A stretch of DNA of 64,000 bases from a virus. Below are positions 1 to 9,563 of this stretch, piece after piece; the first letter of the stretch is position 1, and each line of letters begins with the position of its first letter. Below the pieces are notes generated by a model. It was not told where the DNA came from. It was given only the letters and a program-made list of their open reading frames with translations, and did not search any database. The translations under genes and the position numbers were made by a program. The stretch covers positions 14,982 to 78,981 of the IMG/VR virus record IMGVR_UViG_3300028920_000062, one strand, 5' to 3'.

Positions 1-1
1 T

Positions 2-103
2 ACTACTCCGGCTACAGAAACATTCAAGTGTCCTCTGCAGACCTCCGTGGCAGAAGCTGAGCGGGTCAATACATGGATGAGAGAGCTGAACGACGCTATA
101 TAA
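2..103 (+). CDS. 3' end of an upstream gene (partial), unknown product
   Basis: Frame 2 is open from the window start (TTPATETFKCPLQTSVAEAERVNTWMRELNDAI) to TAA at 101-103, which overlaps the AAGGAG RBS of the portal gene. Confidence 0.55.
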   Translation, partial: TTPATETFKCPLQTSVAEAERVNTWMRELNDAI

Positions 104-116
104 GGAGATCAGTCTC

Positions 117-2882
117 TTGAAGATTTTCGGCGTAGAAATATTCAAACGAGGACGGTTCTTGGTTAAGGACGCGGTCCCTGATGTTAAGGCTCCAGTTCCG
201 CAGACTAAAAAGCCAGCTCTGATGCGCCTAGTTAAAGATCCCGTGATGCGGTATCGAACTACGCGCTCAGTTGGTAGAGGTGCCTTCAATCCCGCCGAGT
301 ACGACCTAGCTGAAATTGGCCGCATTGAGGATACAGACAGTTATGTAAGGCAGGCCTTCGACAAGAAGGTCGCCCTCATGTTCAAAGAAGGTTGGGATCT
401 TACCGGTAAGAATCTTAAGACTATTCGCTATACCAGGACTCGCTTTGCTCAGATAGCACGAGCATCTGGCATTCCTACCAGGGCCCTCTTTCGCTCTATT
501 GGGTCTAGTCTTATTCGCAAATCAAATGCATTCATTGTCAAAGTACGCAATATAGATGCATCTGGTGGAGAAGTCAGAAGAGAGCCGGGTAAGGCTACTT
601 CTGTGAAGCCAGTAGCTGGGTACTTCCCTGTCCCTGCCGAGACTATGTATTATCAGCTGAATGGGTCTCGGATTACCAAGTGGCGTCAGAAGATGCCTAA
701 TGGTGAATATAAAGACTACATGCCTCGAGATGTGATCCACATCTACTACGATCGCAAAGACGGTTTTGTTTTTGGCACACCTACCATAGTTCCCGTTATT
801 GATGACATCAGGGCTCTTCGCAAGATCGAGGAGAACATCGAGATGCTCGTTTATCAGCATCTTTTTCCATTGTTCCAATATAAGGTCGGCACAGATGAGC
901 GCCCAGCGGGTGTCACAGAGGATGGTCAGCTAGAGGTAGATATCGTCAGGAGAGAAATTCAATTCATGCCATCTGAGGGTGGTATCGTTACTCCGGAACG
1001 CCACGAGATCAAAGTGATCGGTGCTGAAGGCAGAGCCATCAGGGCTGAGGGATATCTCGAGCACTTCAAGAAGAGGGTACTCTCTGGACTATCGGTCTCT
1101 ACCGTTGACATGGGTGAAGGCCACACAGCTAACCGTGCTACTGCTGACAATATGTCACGCAACCTAATTGACGCGGTGAAGGATTTCCAGCAGGTGCTGG
1201 AGACTTTTATTAACGAGTACTTCATTAATGAGCTTCTTTTGGAGTCCACCTTCGGATCAGATGTTCTAGATGAAGAGAACCTCTGCTATATGAAGTTCAA
1301 AGAGATTGACGTGGACGCTCAGATTAAGAAAGAGAATCATTATGCAGACTTGTTTGACAAAGATGTTATAGATCACGACGAGGCCCGCAGAGGAACAGGT
1401 CGTGAACCGCTAGAAATTCCAACTCGTGACGAGATTGAGTCCGAAGAAGATACTGCTATAAAGTATCCGCAGTGGCACCGCATGAGATGGAAGCTGTTCA
1501 AGGAACCAGAACTTCTTATTCAATCTCTTGACGAACCGTGGTCTGCGGCTGCTCGAGCTACTGCGAAGAATAGTCTTACTGAGCTCAGTCAAAAGGATAT
1601 AGAAGAAGTAGGGAAAGAGAAGAATAAACAAGAGATTGAGCTGGAGAAGGAACGGTCTAAGGCTAAGGTGGCTGTTGCAAAACAAAAGCCTTCTGGTGGT
1701 AAACCAACAAATACTGGGACCAGACCTTCTCGCCCCAAGAAGGTTCAGAATGGCTATTTAAACCAGGCTTATTTAAGGCTTACTCAAGATGTTGTATCTA
1801 GAGTTTCTGAAGAACAAAAGTTAGATCATGACTGGGCTGCTCAGATTATTCGAGCTGAGCTTGATACTACTATTCAGAGATTAATCGCAGAACAAGTTAT
1901 GTCTTTCCGCAGTGGCTACGCTGCGCAGTCAACCATTTCCCCCACATTTGCTAGTCAGGTTACTACGGCCAGAGGAATGTTCTCTGACCGAGCTAATCGT
2001 TATGTTACTAGACTAGCTAACCATGTAGTCTCTTCATTGAAGCGAAAGGTAAATAACAACATTGAGCCTGCCGATATCACAAAAACTACCAGGGCTGTTC
2101 TTGAGTCGTTCGCCTATCGAACAGACTTTATTGAAGATGTCGAGATTCGAAAGGCCTATAACTTGGGAGCAGCATGGGGGCTAAGAAACCAAGAGATAGA
2201 CCAGATATATAGTGTTGCCAGAAAAGGGGCTTGTGCCGTATGCAAATCACATCATGCGCAACCCATAGAGCTCGAGTACGTCGGCATGGACGATGTACCT
2301 CCTTATCACGCGTCTTGTAGCTGTGCCCTGACACAACATAAAGAGATGACCCAACTGCGGGATGCTACAGTGCAGGATGCGGAGGGCTCGTTGCCTCCTC
2401 CTAAGGGAGTGAAGATGAGTGAGGAGCCTGCGGACAAGCCTCTACCTGGCACTAACGGCATAGTAAAATGTCCGAAGTGTGGTAAAACAGCTATTAAGAA
2501 GAAAGATACTCCAGACGTCTATAATTGCAGAGCATGCAAGACTTCATTTCGGGTAGTTACTGACGTAGAGGATGCCGCTTCTCAGGTTGGTCCAAGGACT
2601 AAGCGAGCAGGTTTTTTGAAATGTGTTGCTAGGGCTAAGGCTAGACTGAGATCTCAGCATCCAGATTGGGACGAGGGTAGGATCGAGATCGCAGCAGAGA
2701 CTGCATGTGATCATCACCTGCAAGATGAAGAAGAAACCAAAAGTTTGACCGATGGCGAAAAGATGGATCGTTGTGTATCAAAAGTAAAGGCTCGACTCAA
2801 GAAGAAGGATCCAGATATGAGTGAGGACAAGCTTACGTCCTCTGCCTTTGCTATCTGTAATAGTCAATTAAAGGGGAAGTAA
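117..2882 (+). CDS. Portal protein fused to a MuF-like minor head domain, a Zn ribbon and two small Cys-helical domains
   Basis: TTG start with AAGGAG at 102-107. Portal-like core (DVIHIYYD, FGTPTIVPV, LGLS/MGEG..ANRATA). MuF-type motif CAVC...PPYHASCSC at 2232-2324. CPKC/CRAC ribbon at 2469-2537. First gene of the head module. Confidence 0.85.
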   Translation: MKIFGVEIFKRGRFLVKDAVPDVKAPVPQTKKPALMRLVKDPVMRYRTTRSVGRGAFNPAEYDLAEIGRIEDTDSYVRQAFDKKVALMFKEGWDLTGKNLKTIRYTRTRFAQIARASGIPTRALFRSIGSSLIRKSNAFIVKVRNIDASGGEVRREPGKATSVKPVAGYFPVPAETMYYQLNGSRITKWRQKMPNGEYKDYMPRDVIHIYYDRKDGFVFGTPTIVPVIDDIRALRKIEENIEMLVYQHLFPLFQYKVGTDERPAGVTEDGQLEVDIVRREIQFMPSEGGIVTPERHEIKVIGAEGRAIRAEGYLEHFKKRVLSGLSVSTVDMGEGHTANRATADNMSRNLIDAVKDFQQVLETFINEYFINELLLESTFGSDVLDEENLCYMKFKEIDVDAQIKKENHYADLFDKDVIDHDEARRGTGREPLEIPTRDEIESEEDTAIKYPQWHRMRWKLFKEPELLIQSLDEPWSAAARATAKNSLTELSQKDIEEVGKEKNKQEIELEKERSKAKVAVAKQKPSGGKPTNTGTRPSRPKKVQNGYLNQAYLRLTQDVVSRVSEEQKLDHDWAAQIIRAELDTTIQRLIAEQVMSFRSGYAAQSTISPTFASQVTTARGMFSDRANRYVTRLANHVVSSLKRKVNNNIEPADITKTTRAVLESFAYRTDFIEDVEIRKAYNLGAAWGLRNQEIDQIYSVARKGACAVCKSHHAQPIELEYVGMDDVPPYHASCSCALTQHKEMTQLRDATVQDAEGSLPPPKGVKMSEEPADKPLPGTNGIVKCPKCGKTAIKKKDTPDVYNCRACKTSFRVVTDVEDAASQVGPRTKRAGFLKCVARAKARLRSQHPDWDEGRIEIAAETACDHHLQDEEETKSLTDGEKMDRCVSKVKARLKKKDPDMSEDKLTSSAFAICNSQLKGK

Positions 2883-2883
2883 G

Positions 2884-5280
2884 GTGAGTGGCAACAAACT
2901 AAAATTCCGAGAAGCTGTCCGGTTTTCTCTTACCGATCAGGCCTTGGTAAAGGTCCAGGACGATTATGCTGGTGCCTTTAAGCCCCCTGCAGAGGGAGCT
3001 CAACATGAGAGCGGTCTAGGAACTACTGACCAGCAGCAAACATACAATGGTCTGCTAGTACGTATTGCTGCTACTCATGCAGGTATCATTACTCGTAACA
3101 ATGGATTCTATCTGCCTGATAAGATGAAGAAGGGCGCGGACTCGTTTACAAGTAATTACAGTAAACCCGTACTCCTTCACCATCAAGATAGCAACGACCC
3201 GGTGGGTCGTATTGTAGAAGCCCAGTATGTAGATACCTCAGGTATTGTCCAGGACGCTTATAACCTAGCTGAGGGCCTACGTGTCGTTGACAAGATGGGC
3301 AAAGAAAAGGGAGTTATTACCGATACCTTGTTAAAGGACTTTGTTGAGGGGAAGATGCCGTTTGGTATGCAGATAGATACAGTCTGTAGTCTTCTCCGAG
3401 ATAGTGTCCTTGAGGACGCGGGGTACCAGGGTTTGGGTTATATTTCAATTGTAGCCCAGATTTCTCACAGAGATGCGATTGAGAAGCTATTAGACGGTCG
3501 TTATTTAACTGGCTCTGTTGGTGCTACTACTGACAAAGCCGTATGTTCAATTTGTCGACAAGACTGGACGGATGCAGGGAAGTGCGAACATAAGCCAGGT
3601 GCTATTTATGACGGAGCCAAGTGCTTTATTATTGCTGGTGCTCTTGACTATGATGAGTACTCCTTTGTTAACGTTCCAGCTGATAGACATTCCAAGGTTT
3701 TAGAGCTACACTATAACGGCATTCAAGATAGTATTGAAATCGCTGAAGAATATTCGGGCAGAATCTATGAGGTACGTCTGGGATTTCCTCAGTACGATTC
3801 TGCTGCTAAGGAGGATGAAGGAATGGCCGAAGAGAAGAAAGATCCCAAGGAAACTAAGGATCAAGAGGCCACCATCAAGGATGAGGTAATTACCGATTCT
3901 GAAACTCCTGAGTCAGCTGCAGACAAGAGGACTGAGGAGAACAAGGATACCGAGCCTGAAGTTCAAGATACCACAGATACTCAGGAAGAAGAGGAAGTAA
4001 TTCAGGACGAGGCCCAGGAAACCGACGTTGAGGACACCGACGTTGAGGACGCCAGTAAGAAGAAGAAGAAGAAGAAAAAGAAGAAGGGTGAATATGAAGA
4101 GGGTGACGAGGATATGGATGACTCTGTCAAGCCAGATCCTGTTACTACTTTCATGGACACCACAGAACTTACTGATGAACTCAAAGATCAGTTCTACGAT
4201 GAGGTGTTCTGGCCAGAGGTCGAAGCTGCATTTGAAGATGGCGAGTTTACTCTAGCACAAGCTGGAATTGCTAAGCTCGAGGAAGCTAAACTTGACTCTG
4301 AGAAGAGAAAGAAGCTTGCTAAGTCTACTTTCTGTGGCCCAGATCGTTCATTCCCTGTTCCAGATTGCGCACATGTGACTGCTGCTCGCAGGCTCATTAA
4401 TCGCTATAAGGGAGAAGGGGACAAGAGCAAGATTCTTGCATGTGTATCACGCAAGGCTAAGGCAATGGGATGCAGCGTATCTTCTGAGAAGAAGAAGGAC
4501 ACTGTTGAAAAGCCTGCCGAAACCGTTCAGGAGGACCAACTCCAGCATGGTCGCGTAATGCATATGGTGATTGCTGCCCTTGAGGAAGCTCAGCATTTCT
4601 CACCGGACGCAGTCCTTGATGAAAGCGAAGTTAAGATGCTTCAGAGCATTTTGAAGAGACTGGCAACTATGGTTGGCAAAGATGCATTTTCTAATGCAGC
4701 TGTTGCCGAACAGCTAGCCTCAAACCCAGAATGTGAGCAAGCTCTTACTGACGAAGTGGTCAAACTAGAGGATACAGTTGGTGATCTGAGAGACCAACTG
4801 GACGCACTCCGAAAGGAGTACTCAAGTCTATTCTCAGATATGGAGATACTGCAAGATACTCTTACTGAGGCAACTGCCGCCAACAGAGCTTTTAAGGAAG
4901 AAAAGCTGTCTATGCTTAGAAGTCTCAGAGATGGCAAGGCCGAAGAAGAAGAAAACTTTACTGAGATGTCGGACTCAGACCTGCAAGCTGAGATCGACTC
5001 AGTGTTGAAGCAAGTTGACATGACTAAGATTGTTGATAAGCTTGGTGATGGAATGGCTAGGGAGCCACAGGGAACTGTGGATGGTCCCGAAATCATTCAG
5101 GACGATGGCGAAACCCAGAAGAGTTCTGTTTCTAATCTCGCAACTCCCGACGAACTGGTAAGGATTCAGGAGCATGTTCAAAAGCTTCTGTTTACCCCAG
5201 GTGGGCGCGAGAAGGCAGGAGCCTACGTCAGGCGTCTACAGGCGGAAGGAAAACTTCCGCTAGACAGCGAGACTAATTAA
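2884..5280 (+). CDS. Prohead (capsid maturation) protease fused to scaffolding protein
   Basis: HK97-type protease motifs KPVLLHH..DPVGRI, TGSVG and DEYSFVNVPAD, with a CSIC..CEH Zn insert. Followed by an acidic low-complexity region and a C-terminal coiled coil. Lies between portal and capsid genes. Confidence 0.85.
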   Translation: MSGNKLKFREAVRFSLTDQALVKVQDDYAGAFKPPAEGAQHESGLGTTDQQQTYNGLLVRIAATHAGIITRNNGFYLPDKMKKGADSFTSNYSKPVLLHHQDSNDPVGRIVEAQYVDTSGIVQDAYNLAEGLRVVDKMGKEKGVITDTLLKDFVEGKMPFGMQIDTVCSLLRDSVLEDAGYQGLGYISIVAQISHRDAIEKLLDGRYLTGSVGATTDKAVCSICRQDWTDAGKCEHKPGAIYDGAKCFIIAGALDYDEYSFVNVPADRHSKVLELHYNGIQDSIEIAEEYSGRIYEVRLGFPQYDSAAKEDEGMAEEKKDPKETKDQEATIKDEVITDSETPESAADKRTEENKDTEPEVQDTTDTQEEEEVIQDEAQETDVEDTDVEDASKKKKKKKKKKGEYEEGDEDMDDSVKPDPVTTFMDTTELTDELKDQFYDEVFWPEVEAAFEDGEFTLAQAGIAKLEEAKLDSEKRKKLAKSTFCGPDRSFPVPDCAHVTAARRLINRYKGEGDKSKILACVSRKAKAMGCSVSSEKKKDTVEKPAETVQEDQLQHGRVMHMVIAALEEAQHFSPDAVLDESEVKMLQSILKRLATMVGKDAFSNAAVAEQLASNPECEQALTDEVVKLEDTVGDLRDQLDALRKEYSSLFSDMEILQDTLTEATAANRAFKEEKLSMLRSLRDGKAEEEENFTEMSDSDLQAEIDSVLKQVDMTKIVDKLGDGMAREPQGTVDGPEIIQDDGETQKSSVSNLATPDELVRIQEHVQKLLFTPGGREKAGAYVRRLQAEGKLPLDSETN
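4021..4086 (+). repeat. 15-bp tandem duplication plus (AAG)n poly-Lys tract in the scaffold
   Basis: ACCGACGTTGAGGAC x2 (4021-4050, TDVED TDVED), then 10 consecutive Lys codons (4057-4086). Confidence 0.9.
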
Positions 5281-5294
5281 GGAGGAAGCATCAG

Positions 5295-6497
5295 ATGGCT
5301 TTCGATAGTCTGGGAAGATATAACCCGCAGCACAAGGCATGGGATCATGTAGGAAACATTATCCCTGTCGTTGAGCATTCTGAGGGTATCCGACCACACG
5401 GCGAATTCAGGCCAGCGCCATGGCTTCCGGTCCAGTTCTACGATAAGTTTTTCGAAGACTGGTTTGTTGCAATGCCAGGAAAGATCTTGGCTTTCGACAA
5501 TAACGGACACCTGGTTCCAGCTCAGTATGGAGTTGGCACTCCGACCATTACTTACACAGCTCAAGATGTTGAGGCTGGCGTAATTGATGTTCGTACTGGC
5601 GCACCCCTGTTGACCGCTGGAATTGGTACTTTTAACGTTTCGGCAGTAACTGCCTTTATGGGTCAGACTGGCGTAGCGCTGGCAGTATCCAAGCCTTGTG
5701 GCGTTGCCCCATATGCCTTTTGGCAGTGGGCTGGTGATGCAAGCGAGTATGATGATGGCTTCAACCCATCCGGGCTACGTCGTCACAACTACAGCCTGCA
5801 GCACCGAACTGCCATGCTTTGCGACTATGTTCTAGAGCTACCTTTGGTCCCAGCGACTGAGACCACTCCGGAGGCTCTTACACAGGCTAGCAATGCAGAT
5901 AACGTCTCTACAATGACTGCAGTAACTAATAAGCCAGTTGCTAAGAACACTGTTCGTACCCCAATTACCTTCTCTGAAGGTGTGGGTGCACCTGGCGATG
6001 TAGCAACCAAGTTTGCAGTAGAGAAGGATGCAGCAGCAGATGTTGTTGCTGCAGGTGACTGGCACATTGATCTCGTTACTGGCGTTATCACTGTGTACAG
6101 CACAGGTGCAATTGGCGCTACTGACTATGAGGTAGTTTATAGTCATTACGCATCAGCACCAGCATCAGTATCTAAGTTTGCCTCAGCTGTAGGTAATCTA
6201 GTTGCTGGTGACTTCGTCAAGTGTGACGCTAACTCTAACTACGAGGTTGCAACCTCTGAAGACTTCAAAGACATTGTCGGACAGGTCATCGAGGTTGAGG
6301 ACGTCTGGGGTAAGGACGCACTAGACAGAGTACGTACTGCTTATCCATCTCTCAGCACCAGCGCTGCTGGTTCTCTGCCTGGTTATGCCGGTCAGATGGA
6401 TCAAATGCCAGGTTCTGCGAATGGCGGTGTGAGTGACAAGATTCACTTCGCCGGAGCAGCGAATCTAGTTGTAAGGATCAACCTGATCTCGAGATAA
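5295..6497 (+). CDS. Capsid decoration / cement protein (putative)
   Basis: Immediately upstream of the MCP, strong GGAGG RBS, Ala/Gly/Val-rich, with GDFVKCDANSNY...IVGQVI resembling decoration proteins. Confidence 0.6.
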   Translation: MAFDSLGRYNPQHKAWDHVGNIIPVVEHSEGIRPHGEFRPAPWLPVQFYDKFFEDWFVAMPGKILAFDNNGHLVPAQYGVGTPTITYTAQDVEAGVIDVRTGAPLLTAGIGTFNVSAVTAFMGQTGVALAVSKPCGVAPYAFWQWAGDASEYDDGFNPSGLRRHNYSLQHRTAMLCDYVLELPLVPATETTPEALTQASNADNVSTMTAVTNKPVAKNTVRTPITFSEGVGAPGDVATKFAVEKDAAADVVAAGDWHIDLVTGVITVYSTGAIGATDYEVVYSHYASAPASVSKFASAVGNLVAGDFVKCDANSNYEVATSEDFKDIVGQVIEVEDVWGKDALDRVRTAYPSLSTSAAGSLPGYAGQMDQMPGSANGGVSDKIHFAGAANLVVRINLISR

Positions 6498-6517
6498 GGC
6501 AAGGAGGTAACCGATAA

Positions 6518-7747
6518 ATGTCTCTCGAAATTAAAGATGCCAAACAACTCGAATATCTGTGGAAGAATAACGGAAGATTCGAGGATGGCCAGTTTTCAAT
6601 CGAGGACGCCCTCTCGGTACCCAATGCGCCCATGCTAATGCCTAAGGTGATTTCTAACATCGTGAAGGAAGCTGTAGAGCCCCTTCTAGTTGGAACTAGC
6701 CTGCTCCAGAGAATTAATTATTCTTATGGACAGACTATCACTTTCCCGGCAGTGGGATCTCTGGTAGCAGCAGATATTGCTGAAGGAATGGAATACCCAG
6801 AGCGTAGCTTGCAGATGGGTGGAGCAACAGTGACAGCGAGCATCGGAAAGTCTGGTATTGCCGTTAAGGTAACAGACGAGATGATCCGATATTCGCAGTT
6901 TGATGTCATTGGTATGCATCTACGTGCTGCAGGTCGTGCATTGGCCCGTCATAAGGAGATGAAAATCTTCGACTATATTAGAAGTATGGGCGTTCCGGTA
7001 TTTGACAATGTGAATCCAACTAAGTCGTTCAAGGGTGTAACCACTGGACGTAACTTGGCTGGTGCGGGAAATGGTTCTGTAACCATGGATGATATTTTTG
7101 ATGCATATGCACAAATCATCACACAGGGCTTCTTCCCTAACACACTGTTGATGCACCCTCTCACTTGGACTATGTTCGTGAAGGACGCAACCCTACGCTA
7201 TTTTGTTCTGCAAAATGGTGGAGGAACCTTCTTTGCGACTTGGACAGGTAATCCTGCAGGACGTGCTCCTTGGGATAACAGTTCTCAGGGTGGACTAGGT
7301 GTTTCTGGTGGACAGTTGATTACTCCTCCGAACTCAGCTTCGGGCGACCAACCGTCTCCACTAACAGATCATCCACAGACCCTGAACTCTGGTCCTCAGT
7401 TGCCAGGCTACATGAACATTCCATTCCGTATCATTGTTAGCCCATTTGTACCATACGACCCACGTCGTAAGCTTACTGACATCTACATGTTTGATTCAAG
7501 CGAGCTTGGTGTTCTCATCGTTGATGAGGATGTCATGACCGAAGAGTTTGATGACCCACGCGTAGATATCCGTAAGATCAAGCTGCGTGAGCGCTATGGT
7601 ATCGGCATTCTGAATGAAGGAAAGGCAATTGCCGTTCTGAAGAACGTACATGTTGTACCGAACGAGGTGGTACTCCCAGCACGTGCAAGTATTGGCGTAA
7701 GTGGTAGCATTGCAGCAATCGACCCAACATCTAGCGTTCTTGGCTAA
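6518..7747 (+). CDS. Major capsid protein (HK97 fold)
   Basis: 409 aa with AAGGAGG RBS. Motifs IAEGMEYPE, KSGIAVKVTDEMI, PNTLLMHP and KLRERYGIGIL. Followed by a strong terminator. Confidence 0.9.
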   Translation: MSLEIKDAKQLEYLWKNNGRFEDGQFSIEDALSVPNAPMLMPKVISNIVKEAVEPLLVGTSLLQRINYSYGQTITFPAVGSLVAADIAEGMEYPERSLQMGGATVTASIGKSGIAVKVTDEMIRYSQFDVIGMHLRAAGRALARHKEMKIFDYIRSMGVPVFDNVNPTKSFKGVTTGRNLAGAGNGSVTMDDIFDAYAQIITQGFFPNTLLMHPLTWTMFVKDATLRYFVLQNGGGTFFATWTGNPAGRAPWDNSSQGGLGVSGGQLITPPNSASGDQPSPLTDHPQTLNSGPQLPGYMNIPFRIIVSPFVPYDPRRKLTDIYMFDSSELGVLIVDEDVMTEEFDDPRVDIRKIKLRERYGIGILNEGKAIAVLKNVHVVPNEVVLPARASIGVSGSIAAIDPTSSVLG

Positions 7748-7780
7748 TCCTAGCGGATTAGAAGGCAAGTTAGTATAATG

Positions 7781-7809
7781 GAAGGGGAGGGCAACCTCCC
7801 CTTCTTTTT
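7781..7809 (+). terminator. Rho-independent terminator after MCP
   Basis: GAAGGGGAGG-GCAA-CCTCCCCTTC is a perfect 10-bp stem with a GNRA loop, followed by TTTTT. Confidence 0.9.
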
Positions 7810-7827
7810 ATCAGGAAAGGACGAAAC

Positions 7828-8472
7828 ATGAATATCCAAGTAGCACTAGCAAACAGAGATAGACAATCAATGCTGTTTTTAGGTGAGCCCTTGAACTTCA
7901 CCTATGATACTCCAGGTCCTGTAGAGGTAGATCTGGACCAGCTAACTCCCACACAAAAGAATCAGCTCATGTATAACTGCAGAATCGGAGCTCTGGCCGT
8001 TTCTGACAAAGAAGCGCTTCTAGAGGCCTGTTCAGCTCTTCCAGCTGCTTCTCCCACATTTACTACAGGGCACGAGCAGCCTGTGGCTCAGACAGCTCCA
8101 AAAGATGCTGTGGACGATGCCAAGGAAGAGCTAAATAAGCTAAAAGAGCTTTTGGATGCCCACCATTCTACCGTAAAGAAGAATGTGGGGCTTCTAAGGC
8201 CAGCTCAAGTACGACAGCTATTGGAGCTCGAGCAAGCAGGGAAAAAGAGAAAGTCTGTACTGAAGGTTCTTCAGGAGATTGTATCTAAGCATTCTGATAG
8301 TGTGACTAGCCAGTTTGTTCAAGGCGGTGATCTTATGGACGCGCCCAGGAATCAGGTTTTTCAGGAAGATTCCGGAGCGCGTTCGACACAAATCACTGAC
8401 GTGGTAGAATCAGATGAAAAAGAAGTAACCCTAATTCCATCTGATGAGGAACTAAAAGTAGCCGATGTCTAA
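7828..8472 (+). CDS. Hypothetical head-associated protein
   Basis: Follows the MCP. Helical LLELEQAGKKRKSVL motif of a kind often seen in post-capsid phage genes. Confidence 0.5.
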   Translation: MNIQVALANRDRQSMLFLGEPLNFTYDTPGPVEVDLDQLTPTQKNQLMYNCRIGALAVSDKEALLEACSALPAASPTFTTGHEQPVAQTAPKDAVDDAKEELNKLKELLDAHHSTVKKNVGLLRPAQVRQLLELEQAGKKRKSVLKVLQEIVSKHSDSVTSQFVQGGDLMDAPRNQVFQEDSGARSTQITDVVESDEKEVTLIPSDEELKVADV

Positions 8473-9211
8473 TCTAGTTGATATCATTGATGATCACTTT
8501 CCGCCTGTTGACGGGGTTAATATTCCTCTGGGTAGTCAAATTACGATTACCTTTAGTACAGAGATGGACACTGATCGTCTCCAGGAAGATTTTTTTGTTG
8601 AGGGACCCGATACGGATCAATTCGTTGGTCCGGGGCAAGCTGAGCTTAAATTTCCCCAGAACATTTCTCAGGGCGATCTAGACGACTTCTTGAGATCTCC
8701 AGGATATACAGGAATCGTAGAAGGCACCTTTGAGTTTGAAACAGTCTCAGGAGTCAGTACTAAGCTAATATTTACTCCCTCAAGACCTCTTGCTCCGACA
8801 CATGACTATAAGGTCCACATTTCGGACACATTGGATGCCAATGGCAACGATGTTACCGGTATGGTTTTTTGGGGATTTCAGACAGGAACTGGCTCTATTG
8901 AGGAGCTTCCAAGCACTATTTCGACTTCTGTTCTTGCTGCTGCCCCGCAGGCACGAGCCCTAGCTACAGATCTTTCTGCGCTACAGGTAGTTGGAACTAC
9001 CCCCAGTGATCACGATATCGAGCAGCCTACTGACCTAGCTGAGATTGTTGTAGAGTTTAATAAAGATATAGACCCAGCTTCCGTAGATGCTGATAGCATT
9101 GTTGTCCAAGCTCTACCAGCTACAGATCATCCAAAGGCTGATGTTAGCGCAGCAGGAGATCTAGCTAAGAGTGTAGAGGTGGTCGGCAATAAGCTAAAAA
9201 TCAAGATCTAA
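8465..9211 (+). CDS. Ig-like (Big_5-type) domain virion protein
   Basis: Two Ig-like repeats: ITITFSTEMD...LIFTPSRPLAPTHDYKV...FQTG and IVVEFNKDIDPASV. Confidence 0.65.
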   Translation: MSNLVDIIDDHFPPVDGVNIPLGSQITITFSTEMDTDRLQEDFFVEGPDTDQFVGPGQAELKFPQNISQGDLDDFLRSPGYTGIVEGTFEFETVSGVSTKLIFTPSRPLAPTHDYKVHISDTLDANGNDVTGMVFWGFQTGTGSIEELPSTISTSVLAAAPQARALATDLSALQVVGTTPSDHDIEQPTDLAEIVVEFNKDIDPASVDADSIVVQALPATDHPKADVSAAGDLAKSVEVVGNKLKIKI

Positions 9212-9221
9212 GGAGGCTATA

Positions 9222-9563
9222 ATGGCTGGACCTACCAACACTCGGCAGATTGGCCAAGCTTGTCGAATTTATAAAAATGCCGACGCTAAGGTAATTGCGA
9301 TGGATGCAATTGCAGTTAATGTAGATACTCGTCGCATCACTATGGATACTTTCCATCATTCTGCCTCTATGAAATATCATCGTACCTTGTTCCATTTGGG
9401 CGTAGGAGATAGAACTGTAGCTTTGATCCAAATGATTGGAGACTATACGGATCTTTCAGAAGATTCTGGGAATTATCTAACTGCCACATGGGATAGTGCC
9501 GATAACACAAATGACATTAAGATTACCTTTAATACTTTGGCTAAATTAGGTGACACAGTCTAA
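9222..9563 (+). CDS. Hypothetical protein
   Basis: AGGAGG RBS and TAATG coupling to the next gene. Confidence 0.6.
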   Translation: MAGPTNTRQIGQACRIYKNADAKVIAMDAIAVNVDTRRITMDTFHHSASMKYHRTLFHLGVGDRTVALIQMIGDYTDLSEDSGNYLTATWDSADNTNDIKITFNTLAKLGDTV

